The translations under genes and the position numbers were made by a program. This document shows positions 22,428-34,672 of a DNA stretch of 64,000 nt, in pieces. The DNA lies in assembly GCA_010015805.1 (NCBI GenBank), contig ML978121.1:620001-684000 (forward strand). Reading direction: 5' to 3'. Position 1 is the first letter of the stretch. Each line of letters starts with the position of its first letter. The notes beneath the pieces are model-generated. The model was not told where the DNA came from. It saw only the letters and a list, made by a program, of their open reading frames with translations, and did no database searches. The DNA comes from Rhizodiscina lignyota. Taxonomy: Eukaryota.

Positions 22428-23523
22428 TCATGGCTGAAACTTGGTCTGGATCGCACTCACCAGACCATTGATCGCCGACCTCTCACCTTGATTGAAGCTG
22501 ATACCGAAATAATCCTCCAAAGCTTTCAGTCGCTCGTCCTCACTCTTAAACTCGATCAGCACCTCGTTCTCCCCGTGCAATCTCTTCTTCAGTGTCTCGC
22601 CATATAAAATATATACGCCAACAATCTCGTCGGCTTCGTCTTCCAGGCCAACCTCACCACCGAAGATCATTCTCGAGCAGAGCACAATATGAGTGAAAAA
22701 GGTCTGGCGACTGGTGCTCGTGTAGTAGTTCATCACATCTGGAGCGCCCGTTAGCGTGCTCATGGATCTGTTCACGGCTTGGGCATTGTACATACCGTAG
22801 TCCGCAGGGAGAAACTCAAGATCTGTAAAGCAGTACATTTCTTGCCATTTGCTACTGTCATCGTTGCGGTGCTCGTAAACCCACAGTCTTTGGTGTGGGT
22901 TGGTGTTTTGGGCAATGTTCCTCCACACTACCCGTTTTGACGCTGGGGTAATACCGGCATGAACTGTCTCGGATTTGTCAAGAAGCAGCGGCTGCGTTTG
23001 ACCATTGGCACCAAACCCAACATCAACAGCGTATCGGTTATCTCCAATGGTAACTATGTTGATCATGTGGCCCCTATCAAAGCAACCTGTGTTAGAGCCA
23101 TATTTCAAGGTACCGGGAAAGGGAGGGTAAGCAGGGTTTCCTGGGTGCATCTTACCATCCGTTGAAGTTCGGAGGAACATCACACACCCTTGCCCCAGCG
23201 TTGTATAAATTGTAGCCCAGACTCCGCATGATCGTTCCGAAGATAAAGTTATTTTCCATGCAGTATCCGCCACGAACTCCGCTGCCAACTATTTTTCTAT
23301 ACAGGTCCTCCGGGTGTAGAGAGATACCCGTGCGGCCATAATGCAAGTTCAGGTTCTCAAAAGGAATTGCAACCAATGTATACTTCTGCAGAGCTTTCAA
23401 GAAAGACAGTGCCTCATCTGGACTCAAGCCCGAAATCGTGGGTTTCCTCTGTTCCTGGGGGAACTTGATCCGCTCGTAATATGCCTGGATGTGATCGGCG
23501 TTGTAAGTAAGAACCGCGGCCAT
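22428..23523 (-). CDS. Arylamine N-acetyltransferase family protein (3 exons)
   Basis: IPFENLNLHY, RGGYCMENN (catalytic Cys), W|GHMINIV (His) and VDVGFG (Asp). Confidence 0.92.
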
Positions 23524-24399
23524 TGGTTCGAGCTTGGCTGTAGCCTTTGATAGATCGATATCGAACACTGATGTGCTCACAGATTCCGGCGGTTTGAAGG
23601 TTATACTTTGCGCATTCAAGGTGTCATTCCTATTTCGAGATACTCCCCGGACTGACTCAAATTGAGCTGATAGTCACCAAGCCACGTGAGCGAGCGGGTT
23701 TCAATGAATGAATTATTTCCCAAAGCAACAAAAACGATGCACTTCAGTCTTGCCACCTAGTCCGAACTAAATAACTGCAAATGCGGGAGGATAAGGTACA
23801 ATAGGTCGGCAGACTTGAAGAGTACTGTATGTACCCCGCGCGATTATATCCTTAATCTATTTCAAAGCATTTCAGATCATCACAAAAACAGGGTCAATTA
23901 GCTACGAACATCCCAAGCAAGCATCTTTGCGATGTCAAGTGACGAAGTACGACCTCGAAAGTCACGACAGACGCTTAGAAATTGGTGGAGGATGATCTTT
24001 CCGATACGGCAAGCAATTTCGGAAAGGAATCATGACTGAAAACGATGAGTTTTTAGGCAATAGCGAACAAGATTAACAAATATTTCTTGTAACCCGCATT
24101 TACATTCTACAATGGGTTACGTTCCGGAAAATTCGGCCACATACACATCGATCTCTTTTTAAAGCTCACCGAGTTTACTTAATGGATCCACCACGGCGTC
24201 GACAAATAGGCTACTCAACGCTGCTATTGGTAGTCTCGGTGTCTGGCAATTTGACATCGCGAGGGCATAACTAAGTGCATTCAGTTCTCACAATACGTCT
24301 AGTGAATCATTTCTCTTTCTTTTTGCCTTACTGGTGAAGGCAAAAACGTTTCCGCCGCCGGCCGTTTCTCCCACTCCCCCGTTCTTTCATCTCATAACA

Positions 24400-24620
24400 C
24401 GGGAGGATGCTCGGGTCACTATCTCTCTGGCTGAAGCGGCGACGATTCCACCTCCATGGACACACTCGCTTTCGTCTGTCGTGGCCACAATCTTTTCCAC
24501 GCCAGTTTTCAGGTGTAATGGCGACGAGGCCGGATCATTCGTAAGTCACTGGTTCTGGGTCTATTGGGCGATATCTATTCCGCTCACGGTTCTTAATGTT
24601 GCTACTCGTCTTCAGGATTA
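24400..24620 (+). pseudogene. Frameshifted relic of a fungal CorA-like domain C-terminus
   Basis: REDARVTISLAEA, then in another frame DDSTSMDTLAFV, then back in frame VATIFSTPVF...SHWFWVYWAISIPLTVL. This resembles RDSxxMKTLA...ATxFS...FWxYWAxxxPLT. No intact upstream ORF. Confidence 0.55.
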
Positions 24621-26030
24621 CAATAAAAGGACCTCGAAAGCCACCAAAGCTCCACTCAGTAAGGTACAGGAGGATAGAAGAGGAAGAGAGAACAAAGAAA
24701 ACACCAAAGCAGAGTACAGAGAAAGCAGTGATAACGAGGGTAGAGCGAGATGGGGATGTCCCATTCAGCGCCGTTGGAAGAGCTGCTTTTGGAATAAGTC
24801 TTCCGCGGAGTCAAGCTCGGATGACATCGTATAGCCTGTTTTCATCTGTGACAGAGAGCACATATTGGCCGAGAATCCATGCTGGAGGCACGCTCCATGC
24901 TTATCGTGCGGATGAGGTTTCAGTTTCAGGCCATCCAAGTATTTGTGTATCGTCCACTTCCATGTACTGAATATACGTTCCAGTATCCGCAATTAAATCC
25001 GTGAATTTCAGCACCTAACACAATAACAGTCTCTCCACGGCCCGGCTACATATGGAGCCTCTCAAGCTGTAGTCCAATGAAAGATCATGTTACGGAGTAG
25101 TTGTTCGGAACCTTGAAGATCCGTCTAAACTTCGCCAGAGACGTGATCCCATAGCAGCAATTGCAAGACCAAGACCCATCAAAGTAAATTTGTCATTATC
25201 GGTAAATGGGAGGGGAGCGTTGAGGTGGCTTCTGCCGACCTTAAACGCGAAACTCGAGAAGAGTTAACCAGAAAGAAGACGCTCGACATAGAAGTGTACA
25301 CACGAAGCCAGCTAGCTTAACCAATCCCCTCTGTGAGGGCGCATGGCATTGACAGTCGTGCGCATTAATTAATAAGGGCATCTACCCAGATCTTTCTATT
25401 AGGGAGAGAGTGGAGATGATCGGCAAACGCATGTAAGTGCTTATTCTTATTTTGGAAGCGGTGTCTTGGCTTTGGATGGCCGAACCCAGAACTCCACCAA
25501 AATGTCTGAATGCTGAAGACGTAGGAAGAGGCCGGCTCTGCCTCCAAAGACCGATTACGCCGTCAAGACGCGCGTGAGCTGAGCGTATGCCACTTTTCGC
25601 CAATCTTCGACGCGGTTTGCTACCCCTGCGTTTTCCAGAAATCGAAGGCCCCTGCCTCCTGAGCCCTTCCAAGGGCCGAACTACGAAGGGGCCCCCTGCA
25701 CTCACGAAAGCACTGCGCCTTTCAAGACCAACATCATCACCTCCCCGTCCACCTGCCACTCAAAATTCCTCCAAGTCGCCCCAAAGGACACCTATATCCA
25801 CCGATGTCTGTGCCGCAACATCCAGCACTAATACCGCCGCTTTCCGCATTTCTTCCTTTGTGTCGCTGACAGCGATCCCACCCACCACGCTAAACGGGCG
25901 CCATCCCTTCCGCCAGACCACGTTCTTCAAGCCACCAAAATCTCAAATTTAGAGCGTCGCACAGACGCGAACCGTACGCGTACAGCGTGTCTTTATACCA
26001 CCGCGTCCCTCCACCTCTAGTACGACCCAG

Positions 26031-29000
26031 ATGCAGAATGGAGGCTACAACCGCCCCGTCTATCAGAACCCCGCCGCCATGAATGGCTACGGCAACTACG
26101 CAAACTATGCGCCCTCGCCCTCCGCGTCCTCCATGTACTCGCCCGTCGTACCGCACTCGGGACCGCAGCTCCAGGCTCCGCTGCAAGACCCGGATCTCCT
26201 GCCATCGAACGCACGATATGGCTTGAGCGGGACGGCGCGACAGACTCCACCGTCAGATGCGCTGCTGAACGGGTACACTAATCGGATGATCAATGGGGTG
26301 AACTACAGGAGCGAGAATGGCGGAGGCCCGGCGCTGGGTCATCAGCGGAAGATGTCGCAACTGCTGAACATCAACGATCCAGTTGCGATGCATCTGCTTG
26401 TTGAGACGGCTCTGGGCGATAGCATAACTTATGACGTCCTCTCGTTCGACGAGGTTGAGCGCCTGAAAAAGGAGCTTAATGCGCTGGCCCCACGGATCGA
26501 GAGTGTGAGGAAGAGACTCGCGCTGGAGAGCAAGGTGCGCGATGCAGCGTTGAGCTTGAATAGGCTGTACAGGAAGAATAGTGAGAGCCCGAAGGCGAAC
26601 AGACGAAGTAGCACCAGTGCGCCGAGCCGAAAAGAGCGCGAATCCATCAACAAGACCGAAGACGAACTGAATAGCGCGAACAAGAAATGCGCGGATCTAT
26701 CGAGGGAGTTATATTCACTGGAAGCGAGGCAGCAGAAATGCCAGACACAGCTGCTCATGCACACCGCAGGCGTGCTGCAGATGACGCACAACGGACCCGT
26801 CGCGAAGCGCAACCTGCAAGAATTTCAAAACGTCCCGGAAGGTATGGTGAATGGCATCAATGGGGGTAGACCCGACAGCCCTGCGAGCATATATACCTAC
26901 GAAAATAGCAGAATAGATCGCAACCTTACACGCGGCGACCGCGACGATTTCGATGACCGCAGCTTATACAAAACGCCAGACGAGATGTATAGCTTCCCCT
27001 TCGACGGTAGCAGCAAGACGGAGCGTTCCATGCATATCCAGAAGGACCTTGCCACGCTTGGTCACCGACTTGAAGATCTGAACGCGCGCCTCAAAGATGC
27101 TATCACGCAGGCGAATGACGGTAATGCGGCCGTCTCTCCACTCGAGGCACCGCAGGAAGGCGAAACCGCCACGATGGCATCAGTGACGAGACAGATGGAC
27201 AGCATGGCGCAGAACCTGGACACCTTGGCAGCTACCACATCTTCCTTGTCACAGGAGAACAGGGAGCTGGAGTTCTCGTTGCAGCAGAGCCAGCAGCAGG
27301 TGAACGATGCACTGGCACAGAAGGAATATGCACTGCAACAGAGTCAACAGCAAATGAATGACGTGCTGATACAGAAAGACCAGGAATACGAAGAGGTCAT
27401 CGCTCAGCAGAACGCTGATATCGAGCGCTATCGCATCAACGCGGCGAACATGGAGCTGCAGATGGGAGAGGTGCAACAGCGCAGCGCGACAATGCTAGAT
27501 CCCGATATTCTGCTACGGATTGAGTTCTTCAATAAGCAGCTTTACGGCTTGCTGAACGCGAGCCACGCGGCAGGATTCAAACAGCAGGAGACGCCGCCAC
27601 CGCCAAGTTTTGACGAGCGCGATCCGGATGCGGAGGTTGAATATATGGAGAGGGCCATTGGGTCGCTGTCAAGGCTATACCAGGACCTGCTGAACATTGC
27701 AGAGGGCGCGAGGGCCCGAGAGGAGCAGAATGAAATAGACCGAGAACGAGCGGTCTTGGAGAAGGAAAGAGCTGATCAGATGGAGACGACGTTGGTGGGG
27801 TTGTGGAGCATCGTGCTCGCTGGTGAGGAAGATGAAATCGAGCGAATAAGAGCTGCAGGCGAGGAAGATGACATGGTTTTCGATCCGAACGAACAATTCA
27901 GCCTGCCTAGCTTCAGCAAGAAGGTACAATGGCTCGTGGGCCAGAGCACGGAGCTCAGGGAGCAGCTCATTAAGTACGAGGGCCAATATAATGCTGCGAA
28001 GGAAGAGCTACTTGAGCAAATGGCAAATATGGAGAGGGATAAGGGCGAGGAGATTACCAACGCGCATAGTCTAAGGGAGGAGAAGGAACGAGAGCTGACT
28101 AATGCACATAGCATGAGACAAGAGAAAGAACAGGAGCTGATGGCTATCCATGCCCAGCTAGAGACCGCTCGTGGACACGAAAGCAGAGTAGCGGAGCTAG
28201 AGCAGCAGCTACAAGCACAGGAAGAGGAGCTGAAGACCATGCAGGATGCGCTGGAGGCCTCAAGGGCTACGACCGCCGAGAGACAGAACACGTTGCAATC
28301 TCTGCGTCAACAACTCGTCCAGAAGGACGAGGAGATGACCACGATGAGGAATGAGCCCAGGAGCAGCAACGAAGACAAGGAAGAGATCGAACGCCTTGAG
28401 AGTGAACTCGTGGATATCACCTCGGAGCTCACACTAGCAAAGGCAGAGCTCGATACCGCGACTGCTGAGAGACAAAAGGCGCTGCAATCTGTGCAACAAC
28501 AACTTGCGCAGAAGGATGCAGAGGTGACTACGATGAGAGACGCACCCAAGGGCAGCGACGAAGACAAGCAGGAGATCGAGCGTCTGGAGACCGAGCTCAT
28601 CCGACTCACCACAGAACTCACAATCGCGAAGGCAGAGCTGGACGGCGCATACGGCTCTCGCGCGGAACGCAAGAAGGAAGTGGACGGCGAGACGCAACGC
28701 GCGCTGGAGGAGGCGCAGGCACAGATCGCTACCCTGCAAGCACAAATGAACGGGGGCAGGGGGCCGAGCGCACGAGAGAAAGAGTTGGAAGACGAATTGA
28801 AGGACACGCTGAAAGAGTTTGAGGAGTTGACAAAGGCCAGCGTCGAGGCTGAACGTGACAGAGACAAACTGGAGGCCGTGATTGATGGGTTGAGAGAAAA
28901 GATTGAGGGCACAGAGGCAGCTCTTAACGAGGAACGTGTTCGATGGCTGGGCGTGAAGAGTCCTGGTGATGGAGGGGGCGAGAAGCCAGAGTTGACGAGC

Positions 29001-29246
29001 GTGACGACGATGAGGGCGGAGTTTAAGAAGATGATGAGGGAGACGCGCTTGGAGGGCGTCAAGGCTTTGAGGGTGAGTTCTCTTCTGTCGAGTCCGGTGC
29101 ACGGTATACAGGGATAGGCTAACAGTTTGCAGGCGGAGCAAGAAGAGAGAAAGAAGCTCGAGCAACAGCTTAAGCAGGTGCGGAGAGATCAGCAAGGCGC
29201 GAAGCAGTCTGGCTTGAGGCAGATGTTTTCCGCTGTTACCGGCTGA
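26031..29246 (+). CDS. Uds1 (up-regulated during septation 1) domain coiled-coil protein, 2 exons
   Basis: HLLVETALGDSITYDVLSFDEVERLKKE...LALESKVRDAALSLNRLY...LLMHTAGVLQMTH followed by long heptad regions. Terminal intron gtgagt...ctaac..cag, then AEQEERKKLE...TG*. Confidence 0.85.
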
Positions 29247-29715
29247 TTGACGCTTTGGGAGGCTTGAGCGTTCGTTTTTGAATATCTTGTGCATACGACT
29301 AGGGCGGCATCAGCATTGGAGTTTGAAGGTATCATGCTTGTTAGATATGAGATGTTAGATCTTGTGATTGGGGCGGGTCACTTGGTATAATGAAAAGCCC
29401 TTATTGGAGGGCTAGCCCGTACTCTTCTAATGTTGAATATGATGAATTTTTCTGACATGAGTCAAGAAGGGGTATCTATGCTTATGCTGGTGGGGGAATC
29501 CATCCAATCTGCTGGCATGCAAAGAAAAGAAAGTTGATCAATGTATACGATCTACGCCAAATCCACGCTATGCAAAGCCCCTGGATATACTGTTTTCGAG
29601 GCGAAGTTTGATACCCAATACTCCTCGCGCTCAAATGCTGTCGATGCTACTTGTGAGCTATCATGAATGACCAGCCCATCAAACACTAGAACAAAACTGA
29701 TGCCACTGGCCAAGA

Positions 29716-31718
29716 TCAAACATTGAAGAGCACAAGAGCTCCTGCAAAGGCAGCCATGAGACCGGCGGCATGCGGTACGAGACCCGAAGCTCCGCCCTGG
29801 AATTGCTCTGGGGATGTTGTTGTTCCGTTCGTCCCAGACGCCACAGAGGGTATCGCAGGGGGCACAGGAATAGAGGTCGCGAACGTGGTCTGGGCAGCGG
29901 ACGGTGGCGGCAGCGGCGGAGAGCCCGTTGCAGTCAAGAGACCAGTAATCGGAGATTCGGAACTCGTAGAGGTGGTTACAGCGGTGGATGAAGGGACGGC
30001 GGCCTGTGTGGTGGCTACAATGGTGAAACTCGCTGCTTCTGGAGATGGCGATGATTCTGAATAAACGGGCACTTCTGTCGTCGATGAAGACGTCAGGGTT
30101 GCCAGTGCTCTTGAAGTGGTTGATGTCACCAGTTCAGAGCTTACGATAGCGTGGGATGTCGATGACTGCGCTGATGATGCCATGGTGCTTTTCGAGAACG
30201 TTGAGGATGCAGAAGATGTTGGAGAAGAAGTCGGGGAGGCCGAAGACGATGCTGAGGCTGATGAGGCCGTTGAGGCTGACGACGATGCTGCGAGTGTTGA
30301 GGATGGTTCCTCCGCCGCCACCTGTCCTCCATCCTGACCTTTCAAAACAACTCCCTTCTGAGTCGCGGGCGCTCCTCCCTGCGCAACAAGCAGAGCTTGG
30401 ATGGTTTCCATGGCAGTCAACTGCTGACCCACTCCCCATGTCCCGTCCCATCCCTTGACATACCACTTGTTTCCGCAAGTCGCGCCATCTGAACCGCCGG
30501 AGCAACTCTGCGCCGCAGCCTTCGCACTAGCTTGCAAAAGCTTCGTCACAGTATCCGCTATTTCGGGCATGACCATTGCCGTTTTCGCCATCCAACGAGA
30601 GAGGTAACCCTTAAATGAGAGTTGATCCGTATTGCACGTCCCGATCGTCTCGCACGCTGCCTCAAAGAGAACATTCGTCGCGTTCGGAAAGGGGCTGAAG
30701 AAGCGCTGCTCAGCCATCTTCAACAATCCAAGGACGCGGTCTTGCCAGATAGATTCTCCTGTCAACGAGTGCATCGCCGCTGCGCCGTACATGAGCATGC
30801 CGTTGTTGTACGTCCATTCGACCATGCCGTCGACCTTGCTGCAGTTCTTTGTATCGTCCGTGCCATCGTAGGCGTTAAACTCTGCGCTGATCAGTCCGAT
30901 ACCTTCCATCCAGTCCCACGCCTTGTTCGCCCAGCCGACATATTGCTGATCGCCGGTGTAACGGGCCAGTCTCGCCGCAATTTGGAACAAACCGGCATTG
31001 GCGATGGTGTTCTTGTAGCCGAGGCCGTTCACATTGGTGGCATATATCTGCCAAGCCAAACCACCGTTGCATGTAGAGGTGTTCCAGCGCGATGCCATGT
31101 TTTCGAAACCAGCGGTAGCGAGCGACAGCCACGACATGCCAGACGGCGCCGGATGGTTCAGTTCTAGGCCAGATAGAGCAGAGCAGACCCAGAATGCTTG
31201 GTCATCATTGCCCTACGGTAAATGTAAGTCCTCCTGTGAATCATCTACACCATTTAGATATAAGTACCTCCTGGTCTGCATGATTTGGAACGATGAAGTT
31301 CTTCGCCGGGCCAACTTGTGCGGCGATGGCAGCCGTGACAGTCTTGACATAGCTGGTATCTTTTGTGTATGCCCAATAATCGATCAGGCCACCCCAAGCA
31401 GCGCCACCTTCCCACCAGTAGCTAATTGTGGTGTAAGTGTCTTCGATTTCACATGTGAGGAGTCGAGGCCTACTATGGTGATCCAAAGATTCCAACTTCT
31501 CCGGGATGATAATAGTCGAGGAGACCTTTGGCAATGGTCTTTGAGGCGGCCTTCAATGACGCTGTAGCGCGATATCAGTATCAGTGGAGCAAAGATACCA
31601 AAACCGTGGGATGAAAACACGAGTACCCACCCTGATTATCGGTTTGGAGACTAATGGCATCGATAACGTGAAGGGAAGAAAAGAGAGCCACCAGGGCAGT
31701 GGTAATTGAGGGCCTCAT
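29716..31718 (-). CDS. GH76 alpha-1,6-mannanase/transglycosylase (Dfg5/Dcw1-like), Ser/Thr stalk, GPI signal
   Basis: Signal peptide MRPSITTALVALFSSLHVIDA; PYYWWEGG; GNDDQAFW; CNGGLAWQ; YKNTIAN; SFKGYLSRW; S/T-rich region; hydrophobic C-terminus GASGLVPHAAGLMAAFAGALVLFNV. Confidence 0.92.
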
Positions 31719-32647
31719 CTTGTCGAAAGACTGCTAGCCAACAAAAGAAGTAGAATGGAGAAAGGAAGGTAATGTCAACTCAAGCCTTAGATGACGAGTG
31801 TCTAAGAGACAAAACAAGCCCGCGGGTACTGTTGAACGTAGTAACCCCCAAAGCACAACACAAGACGGCAAAAGAGCGACAACGAGTTCCACCCGCGGAA
31901 CAAAGAACGAAGGACAATGAGAGTATCACACCTCTCCCCGCAAAAGGATGCAAGTCGAAAGTTGAGGCTCGAGAGGAAGCTTGTGATTTTTTTTTATGGG
32001 CATTTTGATATTATATGCCGGAAACGGCATCTTCGCCTTTATTGGTGGAGGGCTCGAGCCGCTCGCACGGCCGCCATGTGTTTCACCAAACAACTTGCGG
32101 ACGTGAAACATCGGATACCGTTTGCTCAGTGGCCACGTCATTTGGCGACTGAGAAGCGAGCGAGATGGACAGCGGATCCTCCTGCCGCTCAGGAGGCGCT
32201 CGACAACGCCCCTGGAGATCGATTCGGCCTAACGGTTCGAGGCGGGAAGCCATGTACAGTACAGGAGTACATACTTGCCAGTCTTCGACAGTAGGGAGGT
32301 ATTGATGTGGAAGACTCAATTGCTCTCCAGCATGGATTACGGGGGCATGAAGATGTTACAGTCGATGTTGTTGTAGCTCTTGAATGTCGTCCCTCCGTCA
32401 CGCATTTCGCGACTTTCCCCATGCGGAATAGCTAAGAACCCACGCCTGTGAAAGTCTAGACAGGGAATACGTGGGACTTGAGAGGTTCAAACGCAGCTTT
32501 CTTATAGTTTCCAGAGCACAATATTAGAAATTTCGTGCTTTTATTTAATTTTACAGACAGGTCGGGTTGACCTCTATATATGCAGTGAGCGCTTGCCCTT
32601 CGAGCATTGCGCTGTTGATATGGTTGTGCGCCAGACAATGGCTAGGG

Positions 32648-33973
32648 CTAAAATGACTTCTTCGTCCGTATTCTCTGGTTCATATTCGCTCTCGCAGCCA
32701 CGCCCATCTTATGGATACCATTTCTCTTGTCCCAAACGCCACTCTTCCCCTCAACCACCGCAATCAACTCCTCCGCGACTCGTTGTGCGAACGCACCTTT
32801 TCCACTACCGTGATTTCGTCGCTTACTCGCTGCGTCAAGAATCCACTTGATAGCTGTCCTTCTGCGTTGTCGGTCTTGAAGAGGCACAGGAAGTTGAAGA
32901 GCCTGACCACCGCCTGCTGCGCCTCGAATGGACTTCATACGTAGCAACGGGGCGACGGAATCGATTGCCAGTTGGAGGTAGAGGAGTGGGTTTAGAGGAA
33001 GATGTGATGGCGGAGGAGCGCCAGGTAGAAGTGGACGGAGTGGAGAGACTTTTGGAGGCGGTGATGTACGAAGGTGGGTAAGGATGAGTGTCATGTGCTA
33101 GAGGCCAATTAGAACATAACTCGCCGTCGCAGAATTAATAATGTGACTTACTCGCTCTGCTGTCGCCTTCTTCCCGTCTCTAATCATAAGACCGACGAAT
33201 TGTGCGACCAAGGGATCATATCGTTCCTTGAATTTCCAACCATTCGGTAAGACATCTGTCACCTTGGTAGTATCTGGAGACATGCTCTTTTGTAGCCCAG
33301 TGACGCCAGCCGGTAGTGCCTCCTGAACGCCTTGTTTGAAGTTTTGAGATCGCCATACTGGATCAAACTGATAGCCTCTTTCCTCTAACCAAGTTGAACG
33401 CTCAGCTCCCGTATTTTCCGCAACGGCCGAAGAATCGCCTGCATTCAGATTTGCAAGCACAGCGTCCCATGCCGCAGGGTCAGTGGGGTTTTGTGTCAAA
33501 TCCTGGTGTGTGCGAGCAGAGGCTGTGATCATTCTACCGGCCATTGTGGAAAATGAGCGTTTGCTATTGGGCGTCTTCGATTTCAATGCTTCTTGCATGA
33601 CTTTGGGTAGATTCTTTTCGGCTTCCTTATCCCCTTTTACGACCTACGGAAGCAGTTATCAGAATAATGAACTTTCGTACGGATTATGGAGTTGTGTGCC
33701 TACCTCCTCAACCGGCGTGCCCTGTTGCAAGTCTGGTCCTTCCTCTCCTGTTATCTTGGCCGTAGCCGCTGCTTCCTCGCTAGCATGAGGTAATTGATCC
33801 ATATTCGGACCCTTCCCGTCTTTCGACTTCGGTAGGTCTTTGGAGGAGTCGGCGAAAGCACGGCAGCGAGGGAGCACCGGGAGCTGGGCATCGCCTCGCC
33901 ATCTCTCAATGGCCACTCTCGACCGATGTGGAAGAGATTTGGATACGCTGAAGACGGGTATTCGTGGAGGCAT
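32648..33973 (-). CDS. RSM7: Mitochondrial ribosomal protein uS7m (3 exons)
   Basis: RYDPLVAQFVGLMIRDGKKATAE, AIDSVAPLL, LPVPLQDRQRRRTAIKWIL, AEELIAVVEG and HKMGVAARAN are S7 motifs. N-terminal presequence present. Confidence 0.92.
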
Positions 33974-34672
33974 GGTGAATGTGGATGTCATGGATATGCT
34001 CCGTCACGATGCAGCGAAGTGAGGAGAATTGTGTCTAGAACTCCGCTGCGGCCCGCCGCGCGAGAGGAGCAGGGGCGGGTCCCCTGTCGTAGAGCACTTC
34101 ACGCCTCGGATTGGTCCCTTGCAGCTGCGCTGGCAGGAGCATGCAGACAGCCAGTCATTCCCAGCCACCAGCTTTAACCATAGGTAAGTTTCAGAAGGGG
34201 GCATGGGAGCTCTTATGGTTGGCGTGAGGAGGGGCTGAAGAGGCCTTATTTCTGCCTTTGCGGCCGGGCTCGCTCCCTCCATATCGTTCACTCTTCCCCA
34301 GGCGTGCATCAGCATTCGAATCAGATCAGGCAGCTTTCTCGAAGACGTCCCCCCCGCGGCAGGAGCTGGCATCGCTGATTTGTGCCTGTCTCTGAGCCTT
34401 ATCGATACCGTGTTTCACAGGCGGCAGGTGTTAGTGACTGCGTGGGGAGTTCGGGAACCTCGTGTCTGCGTATAAGGTGACGACCTTCACGTTTGCTCGC
34501 GCGCCACATCAAGGACACCTACATCTATAGCGCGATTGGAAAGACACATCTAGCTCCCGGCTCTCTATTTATTCTCGTCGCGTACAAGATCCTTCCTTCT
34601 AACTCTTTCAATACCCCTCTTCCTTCTGAACACTGAACTTCCGTCACACTTCGACGGTTACGCTGTCTTGCC

